The notes beneath the pieces are model-generated. The model ran no database searches. It worked only from the letters and a program-made list of their open reading frames with translations, and had not been told where the DNA came from. The translations under genes and the position numbers were made by a program. From Candidatus Dormibacteria bacterium (GTDB lineage Bacteria; Chloroflexota; Dormibacteria; DASZGP01), in assembly GCA_046262515.1 (NCBI GenBank), contig JBHEMP010000083.1:1-50046 (forward strand): 50,046 bases of DNA. Direction: 5' to 3'. The stretch's first letter is position 1, and each line of letters begins with the position of its first letter. Shown piece by piece: positions 17,435 through 27,848 of this stretch.

Positions 17435-18355
17435 ATGAGCGAGCTGGCTGTCGAGGTGACCGATCTGCGCAAGCACTACGGGCCTCTGCGGGCCGTGGAC
17501 GGGCTTTCGATGGGCGTTTTGACGGGCTCGATCACGGCCATTCTCGGGCCTAACGGCGCGGGCAAGACGACTACCCTGGAGTGCTGCGAGGGCTTCCGTG
17601 CCCCCGACGGCGGAAGGGTGCGCGTGCTCGGGCTCGACCCGGCCCGGCAGGTTGGCGCCCTGACCCCGCGGATAGGCGTGATGTTGCAGTCCGGCGGCAT
17701 CTACCCGAGCGTGCGGGCGGAGGACATCCTGCGCCACACGGCGCGCCTGTACGCGGCGCCGCTGGATACCTCGATGCTGATCGAAAGGCTGGGCCTGGAG
17801 GCCGCGCGCCGCACGACCTATCGGCGACTCTCCGGCGGCCAGCAGCAGCGACTATCCCTCGCCATGGCGATCGTGGGTAGGCCGGAACTGGTCTTCCTGG
17901 ATGAGCCCACTTCGGGGCTCGACCCCCAGGCCCGCCGCGCCACCTGGGACCTCGTCCGCGAGTTGCGCGCGGACGGCGTCACGGTCGTCATCACCACGCA
18001 CCTCATGGATGAGGCCGAGGAGCTCGCCGACAGCGTCATCATCATCGACCACGGGCGCGTGGTGGCCGCGGGTTCGACCGCGGAGTTGACGGGCGGGGCG
18101 CCCGGGCAGATTCGCTTCGAGGGTCCGCCCGGGCTGGACACGCGGGCGATGGTGCTTGCCCTGCCCGCCGGTGCCCAGGCGCAGGAGTCTTCGCCCGGGC
18201 ATTACGTGGTCTCGGGTGATGCCGGCCCGCGGCTGCTCGCGGCGGCAGCCGCCTGGTGTGCCTCGGTGGACGTGATGCCCGAGGGGCTTCGCGCCGACCG
18301 GCGGACCCTGGAGGATGTTTTCCTGGACCTCACCGGGCATGAGATGCGCCAGTGA
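17435..18355 (+). CDS. ABC transporter ATP-binding protein (DrrA-like, ABC-2 exporter)
   Basis: Walker A GPNGAGKTT, signature LSGGQQQR and Walker B VFLDEPTSGLD. It is followed by an ABC-2 permease through a GTGA overlap. Confidence 0.9.
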   Translation: MSELAVEVTDLRKHYGPLRAVDGLSMGVLTGSITAILGPNGAGKTTTLECCEGFRAPDGGRVRVLGLDPARQVGALTPRIGVMLQSGGIYPSVRAEDILRHTARLYAAPLDTSMLIERLGLEAARRTTYRRLSGGQQQRLSLAMAIVGRPELVFLDEPTSGLDPQARRATWDLVRELRADGVTVVITTHLMDEAEELADSVIIIDHGRVVAAGSTAELTGGAPGQIRFEGPPGLDTRAMVLALPAGAQAQESSPGHYVVSGDAGPRLLAAAAAWCASVDVMPEGLRADRRTLEDVFLDLTGHEMRQ

Positions 18356-19119
18356 CGGGGGGCGAGTTCGCGCCTCGACCGGGGGGTGCGCCGATGCGCC
18401 GGATGCTCGCGGCGCAGGCCCTGATGGAGACCCGACTCCTTCTCCTGAACGGTGAACAGCTACTGCTGACCATTGTCATCCCCACCCTTGTCCTGGTCCT
18501 CTTCAGTACCGTCCGGGTTGTCGATGTCGGTAGCGGGCCGCGAGTCGACTCGGTGCTGCCCGGCGTCCTGGCCATCGCGGTGATGTCCACCGCCTTCACC
18601 GGGCAGGCCATCGCCACCGGGTTCGAGCGACGCTACGGGGTGCTGAAGCGGCTGGCCCTCAGCCCCCTGCCGCGCTGGGGTTTCATCGCGGCCAAGACCG
18701 CATCCGTGGTCCTGGTCGAGGTGGTGCAGGTGGTCCTGCTGGTCGTCGTCGGCCTCCTGCTCGGCTGGTCACCGCGCGGGTCGGCGCTGGATGTCCTGGT
18801 CCTGCTGGTGCTGGGAACCGCGGCGTTCTCCGGCCTCGGGCTCCTGATGGCGGGGACCCTGCGGGCCGAGGCCACGCTGGCGGGGGCGAACCTGGTCTTT
18901 TTGCTGCTGCTCGTCGGAGGAGGAGTTGTGGTTCCCCTGGACAAGTTCCCCGCCGGTGCGGCGGCAATGCTTCGACTGCTTCCCGCGGGGGCCCTCGCCG
19001 GAGGCCTCCGCGACGTCATACAGCGGGGGCACGGGGTGCCGGGCGGTGCGGCCACGGTCCTGGCGGCGTGGGCGGTGGTGGCGATCGTGGCCGCCGGGCT
19101 CACCTTCCGGTGGGAGTGA
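18352..19119 (+). CDS. ABC-2 type transporter permease
   Basis: 255 aa with six hydrophobic segments, translationally coupled to the ATPase. Confidence 0.8.
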   Translation: MTGGEFAPRPGGAPMRRMLAAQALMETRLLLLNGEQLLLTIVIPTLVLVLFSTVRVVDVGSGPRVDSVLPGVLAIAVMSTAFTGQAIATGFERRYGVLKRLALSPLPRWGFIAAKTASVVLVEVVQVVLLVVVGLLLGWSPRGSALDVLVLLVLGTAAFSGLGLLMAGTLRAEATLAGANLVFLLLLVGGGVVVPLDKFPAGAAAMLRLLPAGALAGGLRDVIQRGHGVPGGAATVLAAWAVVAIVAAGLTFRWE

Positions 19120-19921
19120 GGCCGGCGGCACGCTCCACGGCGGGGATGAAGGCCTCAGCCCAGGCAGCATAGCCTCGCGGCCCGGGGTGGAAGCCGTCGG
19201 GCGCCATCAGTGAGTGATCCCTGCTGAACTGGGGCCCGGTCAGCGCGGCCAGTTCCACACGCAGCATGCGGTGACGCGAGGTCTCATCCCTCCAGATCGG
19301 GTCGTAGATGGCGGCCGCGATGATGCCGGTGACCGCCCGCAGCGGCTGCAATACGCGGGTAATGGTTCCCATGGCGGGTATCCCGGAGACGATCACCGGA
19401 ACGCCGCGCCGCCCGAGTGCTGTGAGCACGGCGTCAAGGTCGGCCCGGGCCCGGCCGGGAGCGGTCAGGTTGATCACATCGTTGCCACCGATGACGAGCA
19501 GGATGACGTCAGGACGACCCTCCAGCCGGGGTAGCTGGTCCGTGAGAACATCGTTGACCCGCGCCCCGCTGACCGCGAGTACGTTGAGGTGGACCCTCCG
19601 GTCGTGGCGATCAGCGACCGCCCGTGCCACCCGCCGCGGGTAGCCCAGGTCCTGGGTTACCGCCCCTACCCCGGAACCGGTGGAGTCGCCGAGCACGGCA
19701 AGGGCGAGCGGCGCGCCGTCGGGCGGACCGACGACCTCGTTGGGCGAACCGGGCGCCTCGGGAGAACCCTCGCCTCGGAAGGCCAGGGCGGCCTCGCCGA
19801 CCAGCAACACGGCCAGCCCGAAGAGAAGGCCGGGCGCCAGCAGCCAGCGCTTCGAAGATCCAGCACGCACGCACGTAGCGTAGGGAAATATGTTCGAGTC
19901 CGTGCTGGGCCCGATGGACAT
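19100..19921 (-). CDS. SGNH/GDSL-family hydrolase with N-terminal membrane anchor
   Basis: Block I LAVLGDSTGSG, block III VIGGNDV and block V PDGFHP. An N-terminal hydrophobic segment is present (LLAPGLLFGLAVLLV). Its 3' end overlaps the convergent permease gene by 20 nt. Confidence 0.8.
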   Translation of the reverse strand: MSIGPSTDSNIFPYATCVRAGSSKRWLLAPGLLFGLAVLLVGEAALAFRGEGSPEAPGSPNEVVGPPDGAPLALAVLGDSTGSGVGAVTQDLGYPRRVARAVADRHDRRVHLNVLAVSGARVNDVLTDQLPRLEGRPDVILLVIGGNDVINLTAPGRARADLDAVLTALGRRGVPVIVSGIPAMGTITRVLQPLRAVTGIIAAAIYDPIWRDETSRHRMLRVELAALTGPQFSRDHSLMAPDGFHPGPRGYAAWAEAFIPAVERAAGLTPTGR

Positions 19922-19939
19922 GAGCAGAAAGGCCTCGCT

Positions 19940-20965
19940 CTAGAGGAAGATCTCCGCCATCGTGCGCATGGTCGACGTATCCCCGTGCACGATCAACATC
20001 GTTGCCAGCGAGTTTTCCCAGCGTCCCTTCTCCTCGCGGATCTTGGCCGCCGGCCCGATCATGGCCATCGACTCGACAAGGGCGGTGGGTACCGCTTTCA
20101 CCGCCGCCTCCTTTTCCCCGGCCAGGTAGAGGTCCTGGATTCGGGTGGCTTCGGCCTCGAAGCCCATGCGCGCCACGACGTCGAAGTGAAAGTTCTGCCC
20201 CCTGGCGCCCATCCCGCCGACATACAGCGCGATGAATGGCCTGATCCAGTCGGCCGCCGCCTCGACGTCGTCGTTGACCACGATCTGGGCGGGCAGGGCG
20301 ATCTCGAAATCCGCCTCGGCATGGCGGGCCGTCGGGCGGGCGAACCCTTCCGCGAGGGCGTCGCGGTAGTGCTGGTCATGTTCCGGTGAGTAGAGAAAGG
20401 GAAACCACCCGTCGGCGACCTCAGCCGCCAGCGCGACGTTTTTCGGTCCCTCGGCGGCGAGGAACACGGGGATCTCCTCACGCAGGGGGTGGACAGTCGG
20501 CTTCAGGGGCTTGCCCAGCCCCGTCCCGCCCTTGAGGGGCAGTTGGTAGTGCTCCCCGTCGAACTGCACGGGGCCCTTGCGCGCGAAGACCTGCCGCATC
20601 ACCCCGACGTACTCGCGGGTCCGGGCCAGCGGTTTGGCGAATTCCTGCCCGTACCACCCCTCCACTACCTGCGGGCCGGAGACGCCCAGTCCGAGGATGA
20701 AACGGCCACCCGACAGGTGGTCCATCGTGATCGCCGCCATCGCGGTCGCGGCGGGGGTTCGCGCCGACATCTGGGCGATGGCGGTCCCGAGACGAAGGGT
20801 GGAGGTGCGCGAGCCGTACCAGGCAAGCGGCGTCAGCGCGTCGGAGCCGTAGGCCTCAGCGGTGAAGACCGAGTCGTAGCCGAGGCGCTCGGCCTCGAGG
20901 ACCAGGTCGAGTGCCGTGGGGTTGGGCCCGGCGCCCCAGTAACCGAGTCCCAACGCAAGCTTCAT
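19940..20965 (-). CDS. LLM-class F420-dependent oxidoreductase
   Basis: MKLALGLGYWG...LGYDSVFTAEAYGSDALTPLAW...LGTAIAQMSARTPA...SGGRFILGLGVSGPQVVEGWYG matches luciferase-like monooxygenase F420 enzymes. The start is set at MKL (20965), not at the upstream extension to 20998. Confidence 0.85.
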   Translation of the reverse strand: MKLALGLGYWGAGPNPTALDLVLEAERLGYDSVFTAEAYGSDALTPLAWYGSRTSTLRLGTAIAQMSARTPAATAMAAITMDHLSGGRFILGLGVSGPQVVEGWYGQEFAKPLARTREYVGVMRQVFARKGPVQFDGEHYQLPLKGGTGLGKPLKPTVHPLREEIPVFLAAEGPKNVALAAEVADGWFPFLYSPEHDQHYRDALAEGFARPTARHAEADFEIALPAQIVVNDDVEAAADWIRPFIALYVGGMGARGQNFHFDVVARMGFEAEATRIQDLYLAGEKEAAVKAVPTALVESMAMIGPAAKIREEKGRWENSLATMLIVHGDTSTMRTMAEIFL

Positions 20966-21065
20966 CACGCCAATCGTGACAGGTCCCCGCAACATCACCC
21001 GACACTCCGAGCGTGAACGTCCTCGGCACCGGGACCACGTCGGCCCCGGCCAAACCGAGCTGTGA

Positions 21066-21923
21066 CTAGTTCTTGGTAGCTGCCGCCGCGGTCCGGCGGG
21101 TGGACCGGCGCGCGGTTCCAGTGGTGCGGCGCGCGGCCCTGCTGGCGGTGGTAGCGGTCCCGCGGGCGCTGCTGGCGGTGCGCTTGGCTCCGCCGGCTGC
21201 TGTGCGCGCGGTCCGCCTGGCGCCCTCGCCGGCTACTTTGGCCGTACGTCGCCCGCGGGCGACCGCCCTGCGGCCGCTGGCCTGCACCTCGTCGGCAACC
21301 TCCTCCGCCCCCTCGCCGGCCCGGCCGGCAAAGCGTCGCACGCGGTCCGCCGCGCCCACCGTGGTGAGGTCGTAGACCTTCTCGGAGCGGACCTCCTCCT
21401 TGACCACGGCCTCCGTGAGGACTCGCACCTGCTCGTGCAGCATCGTCTGCATCTGCTCCTCGTCGCCCCGGATGGAGCTGGCGAGGCGGGCGGTCTGCTC
21501 GTCGCCGACGGCCTCGGCCAGGCGCTCCAGCGCGAAGTAGGTGACGATCTCCAGTTGTTCGCTGGCGGCCTCGTCCTTGGCGTTCTTGAGCAGCTTCTCG
21601 GCGGTGCTGCCGCCCCGGATCATGTCGACCGGCGCCTTGGCCGTGGAGATGACCTGCCCGATGGTGGCTTGCGCAAATGCGAAGCCGACCTGGAGCGGGT
21701 TACGGCTCTCGCCAAGCTGCTCCAGCCGGCGCTCGATCCGCTCGGCGTGGCGGCGGGTCTCCTGGAGGTGACGTTCCAGGCCGCTGCGGTACGTGCTCCT
21801 GGGGGTGATGGCAATGTGGGCGCTGAGCGTCTGCACCAGCGCCAGTTCCAGCGCGTGGGCCTCGTTGAGGTACTGGACCACCTTCTGGGCTCCCAGCTTC
21901 TCCTGCTTGTCTCGACCTGGCAT
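21066..21923 (-). CDS. ferritin-like DUF892 (YciE/YciF-type) protein with Arg/Thr/Ala-rich basic C-terminal tail
   Basis: VVQYLNEAHALELALVQTLSAHI...LERHLQETRRHAERIERRL is DUF892-like. The ATG at 21923 has a GGAGGA SD 5 nt upstream. The last ~80 aa are repeats such as RRTAKVAGEGARRTARTAAGGAKRTASSARGTATTASRAARRTTGTARRSTRRTA. Confidence 0.75.
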   Translation of the reverse strand: MPGRDKQEKLGAQKVVQYLNEAHALELALVQTLSAHIAITPRSTYRSGLERHLQETRRHAERIERRLEQLGESRNPLQVGFAFAQATIGQVISTAKAPVDMIRGGSTAEKLLKNAKDEAASEQLEIVTYFALERLAEAVGDEQTARLASSIRGDEEQMQTMLHEQVRVLTEAVVKEEVRSEKVYDLTTVGAADRVRRFAGRAGEGAEEVADEVQASGRRAVARGRRTAKVAGEGARRTARTAAGGAKRTASSARGTATTASRAARRTTGTARRSTRRTAAAATKN

Positions 21924-22036
21924 CCGCATCCTCCAAGGGGCCCGTACCCTGCCGCTGGACATGCCGGGACCGCCATCATTAATAGTGATATCGAGTCTAG
22001 CAAGCGCGTCCCCGCCCGATAGGTGTCCGGGCCGGG

Positions 22037-22882
22037 CTACTCCTCCCGGAGTTGGGCCTTGAGGGCGCGAGTGTTGAGACGCGGCCTGGGATAAGCCGGC
22101 TTCATGCTTCGCATGATCTCGACCATCAGGGCACTGACCACCCAGTTGCGATACCACTTGTGGTCGGCGGGGATGACGTACCAGGGTGCGACGTCCGTGT
22201 TGCAGTTGGTCAGGGCGATTTCGTACGCCTCCATGTAGGCGTTCCAGCGGGTTCGTTCCTTGAGGTCGTTGGGGCTGAACTTCCATGTCTTCGTGGGGTC
22301 GTCCAGGCGAGCCAGGAGGCGGTCACGCTGCTCCGCCGGCGAGATATGGAGCATGAACTTGACCACCTTAGTGCCGTCCTTCACCAGGCGCGCCTCGAAA
22401 TCGTTGATCTGCTTGTAGCGCTTGTCGATCTCCTCAACCGGGATGAGGCCCTTTGCGCGGGTGATCAGCACGTCCTCGTAGTGGGAGCGGTTGAAGACCA
22501 CGATCTCACCGGGTGCGGGCAGCTGCTTGCGGATCCGCCACAGGAAGTCGTGCTTCAGCTCCTCCGCCGTGGGCTGCTTGAAGGAGGCCACGCGCACCCC
22601 CTGGACGTTCATGTCGCCCATGACGTGCTTCACCGTTCCATCCTTGCCGCTGGTGTCGAGCCCCTGCAGGATGACCAGCATCGACTGCTTGTTCTCGGCC
22701 CAGAGACGATCCTGCAACCCTGCCAGCTCCAGCGACCAGTCGCCAAGGAACTGCTTCTCGGCGCGCTTGCGCTTGAGACCGTCGGTCCGGCCAGGGTCGA
22801 CCTCGGCCATGCTGACGCGCCCCGTGACCGACGGCCGCGCCCGGAATCGCTCCAGCGCCGGCTTGACCTCTTCCTTCTTCAT
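22037..22882 (-). CDS. polyphosphate kinase 2 family protein (polyphosphate:nucleotide phosphotransferase)
   Basis: PPK2 Walker A-like LVILQGLDTSGKDGTVKHV, then FLWRIRKQLPAPGEIVVFNRSHYEDVL and WYRNW near the C-terminus. Confidence 0.9.
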   Translation of the reverse strand: MKKEEVKPALERFRARPSVTGRVSMAEVDPGRTDGLKRKRAEKQFLGDWSLELAGLQDRLWAENKQSMLVILQGLDTSGKDGTVKHVMGDMNVQGVRVASFKQPTAEELKHDFLWRIRKQLPAPGEIVVFNRSHYEDVLITRAKGLIPVEEIDKRYKQINDFEARLVKDGTKVVKFMLHISPAEQRDRLLARLDDPTKTWKFSPNDLKERTRWNAYMEAYEIALTNCNTDVAPWYVIPADHKWYRNWVVSALMVEIMRSMKPAYPRPRLNTRALKAQLREE

Positions 22883-22896
22883 TGTCGCCGTAGCCT

Positions 22897-23105
22897 AGTG
22901 GACTGTAACGGCCAAATGCAGAGCATCCGGCGCCTGAGGACGACGGGGCCTTCGGCCTGATGCCGGCGTCCGGGGGCCCGGCGCTTCGTCGTTACGCACC
23001 TTCAGGTGCGCGCCTCCTATCGCCACCCCGTCCTTGGCACCGCCGCCCTCAGACGCCGGGCCGCGCGCCTTCGGCCTGCTCCACATTCGGCCGTTACAGT
23101 CCACT
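22897..23105. repeat. 209-nt imperfect palindromic element (28-nt terminal inverted repeats, nested inner repeats, central stem-loop)
   Basis: 22897-22924 (AGTGGACTGTAACGGCCAAATGCAGAGC) pairs with 23078-23105 at 25 of 28 positions. 22927-22946 pairs with 23040-23059 at 17 of 20. A perfect CGCACC-TTCA-GGTGCG hairpin at 22995-23010 sits exactly at the centre. Confidence 0.65.
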
Positions 23106-24404
23106 GTGGATTTTCCCAACATGTACTGGCACGCCCCTGGCCGGGGCCAGGGTCACGGCCCGCCTGCTGATGCGGTCCGGGCGCGGGTCGGCAACGAAAA
23201 GCTCCACCCGCTCCAGGACGCGCGGGATCACGTTGCGCATCTCGAACAGCGCGAACTCCGCCCCCACGCAGCGGCGTGTGCCCCCGCCGAAGGGGAGCCA
23301 CGCGTAGGACTCCACCCGGTTGTCGAGGAAGCGCTGCGGGCGAAATGACAGGGGTTCCGGGTAGAGGTCCGCCCGTCGGTGGACCAGGAATATGTTGGGC
23401 GCGACGACCGCGGTGGCGGGCAGTTCATAGGGACCGACCCGCATGTCCTCGGTCAGTTTGCGAGCCACCATTCCGACCACCGGCCGCAGCCGCATCACCT
23501 CGTTGATGGTCGCGTCGAGGTATGCGCGGTCGCCTCTCCGGACCTCGCCCCGGAGTCGCCATTCCACCTCGGGATGGTGCAGGACCTGGTCGAAAAACCA
23601 GGCCAGGGCCGTCGCCGTGGTCTCGTGGCCCGCCAGCAGCAGCGTCATCAGCTCGTCCCGGAGCTCGAGGTCCGTCAGCCGCCGACCCTCCTCGTCCCGC
23701 GCCAGCAGCAGGGTCGAGAGGATGTCGTCGCGCTCCTCGAGGTCGGCGGCCGAGCGGCGCCGTGAGATCTCCGCGTAGAGCGCCTCATCCAGCCTCGACC
23801 GGTCGCGGACAAAGTTGCTCCATACGCGGATCGGCCCCAGGTCGCGTTTGAGCAGTGCGACGGCGGCGAGGGGGCTGCTCCCGGGGGCGGTGACCCGGCG
23901 GATGAGCTCCGCCACGCCATCCATCTCCGGACCCTCCGCCAGGCCGAAGACGGCGACGAGGATCACCCTCAGCGTGAGGCGCTGCATCGAAGGCAGGAGT
24001 GGAAAGGCGCGATCCCGCGGCCACGCGTCGACCTCGGCGTCGGTCGCGCGGCGGATGATCTCCGCGTACTTCGCCATCCTTGAGCCGTGGAAGGAGGGGT
24101 GGATGAGGCGCCGGTGACGTGCATGCGGCGGCCCGTCCAGCAGCAGCAGGGAGTTGCTGCCCAGCAGCGGCTCCAGGACCATGTTCCCCTCGCCGGCATG
24201 GCTGCGGTCGCCGCGGTCGGCGAAAACGGTTTTGATGGCATCAGGGTCGCTCACCGCCACCAGGGTTCGGCTCACGGGCAGTGAAATTGTGAAGTAGTCC
24301 CCGTAGCGGCGCTGGCAGTAGGTCAGGAACTCGGGGAATCGCAGCTGCCAGAGCGCGGTCGCCAGCGGCATGGGGAGGGGTGGCCCGGGGGGCAGGCTGG
24401 TCAT
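23094..24404 (-). CDS. cytochrome P450
   Basis: Heme-binding loop [15 protein letters not shown]-helix [10 protein letters not shown] and the ExxR motif. The stop codon and last four codons lie inside the right arm of the palindromic element. Confidence 0.9.
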   Translation of the reverse strand: MTSLPPGPPLPMPLATALWQLRFPEFLTYCQRRYGDYFTISLPVSRTLVAVSDPDAIKTVFADRGDRSHAGEGNMVLEPLLGSNSLLLLDGPPHARHRRLIHPSFHGSRMAKYAEIIRRATDAEVDAWPRDRAFPLLPSMQRLTLRVILVAVFGLAEGPEMDGVAELIRRVTAPGSSPLAAVALLKRDLGPIRVWSNFVRDRSRLDEALYAEISRRRSAADLEERDDILSTLLLARDEEGRRLTDLELRDELMTLLLAGHETTATALAWFFDQVLHHPEVEWRLRGEVRRGDRAYLDATINEVMRLRPVVGMVARKLTEDMRVGPYELPATAVVAPNIFLVHRRADLYPEPLSFRPQRFLDNRVESYAWLPFGGGTRRCVGAEFALFEMRNVIPRVLERVELFVADPRPDRISRRAVTLAPARGVPVHVGKIHSGL

Positions 24405-24457
24405 GCGGCTGTCGGCCTACTATATGTGGGCTGGGCGCAGCCCCATTCGGAGGACCA

Positions 24458-25906
<1,449 letters not shown>

Positions 25907-25974
25907 ACCGGGCCAATGGCGCGACCCCCAGCCGGGACAATCTCGCCCGCGGTGACGGGAAATAGAATTAGCGC

Positions 25975-26298
25975 ATGTCCCGCCCGCGCTGGCGCACGCC
26001 CCTGACGGACCAGCTCTTCGAGGCCGTCCTCCGCCTGGAGACTGTCGAGGAGTGCGAGTGCTTCTTCGAGGACCTCTGCACAGTCCGTGAGGTGACCGAT
26101 TTCTCACATCGCCTGGAGATCGCCCGTCTGCTGCACGGCGGCGCGAAGTACGACGAGGTGGTCGCCGCCATGCGCCAGTCCGTCGGAGGCGAGCACGTAC
26201 CCAGCACGGCGACGATCAGCCGAATCAACCGCTTCCTTCGCTATGGTGCTGAGGGGTACCACCTGATCCTGGACAGGCTCGCGCGTGCCCACGCCTGA
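25975..26298 (+). CDS. YerC/YecD (TrpR-like) family DNA-binding protein
   Basis: 107 aa with ..LFEAVLRLETVEECECFFEDLCTVREV..FSHRLEIARLL..G..Y..V......STATISRINRFLRYG, the YerC/YecD signature. Confidence 0.75.
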   Translation: MSRPRWRTPLTDQLFEAVLRLETVEECECFFEDLCTVREVTDFSHRLEIARLLHGGAKYDEVVAAMRQSVGGEHVPSTATISRINRFLRYGAEGYHLILDRLARAHA

Positions 26299-26755
26299 GC
26301 CCCCCGAGCCGGCGGTCGAGGAACTCGAAGCGGGAAGCCTCGACGAGGTCCGTCCCCTCCTGCTCGACCTGCTCGCTGAAGACCACGGTCGATATTCCCC
26401 CGTTCGGGCGGATGCCGAGGCGCTGGTCGGGGAGGTGCGGGCCTCATTCAGCGGCGAGAACCTGCTCCTGGGCATCCGTGACGAGGGACGGCTGGTGGGG
26501 TTCTGCTGGTGTGTCTTTTTCGACCCCGGTACGGGCTACGAGGCCGAGGTCGCGGAGGTCTACGTGGTCCCAGCGCACCGCGGCCGCGGCCTGGCGTCGC
26601 GGCTGGTGACGGCTGCTGTTGAAACATTCCGGACCCGCGGGGTCACCTTCGCGTCGGTATGGACCCACCCGTCCAACGCGGCGGCCCTATCCCTGTACCG
26701 CTCGGCGGGCTTCGCGCCCACGGAGCAGACCGTGCTGACATGGTTGCCCGGTTGA
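26285..26755 (+). CDS. GNAT family N-acetyltransferase
   Basis: Acetyl-CoA binding motif VVPAHRGRGLASRLV and C-terminal NAAALSLYRSAGF. Confidence 0.8.
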   Translation: MPTPEPPEPAVEELEAGSLDEVRPLLLDLLAEDHGRYSPVRADAEALVGEVRASFSGENLLLGIRDEGRLVGFCWCVFFDPGTGYEAEVAEVYVVPAHRGRGLASRLVTAAVETFRTRGVTFASVWTHPSNAAALSLYRSAGFAPTEQTVLTWLPG

Positions 26756-26756
26756 C

Positions 26757-27848
26757 ATGCGAATCCTGCGCATTTTCGGGATCGTCCTGATCTCCGCGGT
26801 GGTGGCCGCGGCCATCACCACCATCGTCCTGGTCGTCCGACGGCCCGACCAGGTCGGCCGCGGACCCATCGCATCGGGCGGGTCGACGACCGGCTCCCTC
26901 GCCGCGGTGCAGCGCGCGCAGCCATCGGTTGTTCGGATTATTCGGAGCCGCCCCGCGCCCACGGCTACCGCCACCGCCTCACGCCCCGGTTCGCCCGGCC
27001 CGACCACCGCCGCGGAACAGGTCGCGCCCACGGCCGGAACGGGGGTCATCATCGACCCGCGGGGCTATGTCCTGACCGCGGAGGCGCTGATCGCCGGGGC
27101 GGACGCGATCACCGTCGCGGTGCCCGGCGGCCGTACCGTCGCTGCCAGGGTGGTCGGCTCGGACCCAGAGGATGGGCTATCGCTGCTGCGCATCGATGAG
27201 GCGAACCTCAAGGCGCTGCCCATGGGGGGCGCGGCGGCGCTGGAAACGGGCTCCGGCGTGGTCCTGCTGTCGGCCGCGGGCTTCCCCCAGGTGGCGGTCG
27301 GCGCGGTGGCGTCGGCGCACTCAAGCGTTCTTATGGGCGACCCTGCGACCCCCGGCGCCACTCGCTTCCTCAACGACCTGGCGGCGCTGGATGTCGCCAG
27401 CCGTGAAGGGCAGCTGGGCGCGCCCATCCTTGACGCCGCGGGCCGCCTCGCCGGGATGGTTGTAAGGAGCGGGGTGCAGCTTTTCGCGGCAGACCTCACC
27501 CAGGCGCAGCCGCTGGTGCAGCAGCTGCTCGATTCCGGGCATGTCAGCGTCCCGAGCCTTGGCTTCACCTACCGTCAGCTGTCCGTCTCGGACGCGGCTG
27601 ACCTGGACCTCCCGGGGGGCGTCCGCGTCCTGACCGTTGAACCAGCCGCGGCAGCCCGGGGACTGGCCGCCGGCGACGTCGTCGTCTCCGCCAACGGGAC
27701 CGCGCTGGATCCCACTCACCCGCTGGCGCTGCTCCTGCGCGGATTGCCCGTCAGGCAGGCGGTGTCCCTTTCGGTGCGCGCCGCGGACCAGGCGGCGGGA
27801 TCCCAGCGTCGCGCCATCAGCCTCGAAGTCCAGTTGTCGAATCCATGA
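26757..27848 (+). CDS. membrane-anchored HtrA/DegP-like (S1C) protease homolog with PDZ domain, catalytic triad not conserved
   Basis: N-terminal TM helix and a trypsin-fold core (GTGVIIDPRGYVLTAEALIAGADAITV..VVGSDPEDGLSLLRID). LTAEAL replaces the usual LTNNHV and GQLGAPIL replaces GNSGGPL. The C-terminal PDZ-like segment is GVRVLTVEPAAAARGLAAGDVVVSANG. Confidence 0.7.
   Translation: MRILRIFGIVLISAVVAAAITTIVLVVRRPDQVGRGPIASGGSTTGSLAAVQRAQPSVVRIIRSRPAPTATATASRPGSPGPTTAAEQVAPTAGTGVIIDPRGYVLTAEALIAGADAITVAVPGGRTVAARVVGSDPEDGLSLLRIDEANLKALPMGGAAALETGSGVVLLSAAGFPQVAVGAVASAHSSVLMGDPATPGATRFLNDLAALDVASREGQLGAPILDAAGRLAGMVVRSGVQLFAADLTQAQPLVQQLLDSGHVSVPSLGFTYRQLSVSDAADLDLPGGVRVLTVEPAAAARGLAAGDVVVSANGTALDPTHPLALLLRGLPVRQAVSLSVRAADQAAGSQRRAISLEVQLSNP

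Noticed and set aside
20966-22286. Upstream in-frame extensions in the ORF track for the LLM (to 20998) and ferritin-like (to 22286) genes. Similar extensions exist at 24380, 30122, 38682, 45722, 47500 and 48905.
   Set aside because: The extensions are compositionally off-frame-like and overlap neighbouring genes. Internal starts with SD sequences line up with the conserved N-termini of the families.
22883-23110. Calling the palindromic element a bona fide MITE.
   Set aside because: I could find no flanking target-site duplication and no second copy in this window, so mobility is only a hypothesis. It is reported as a repeat or structure instead.
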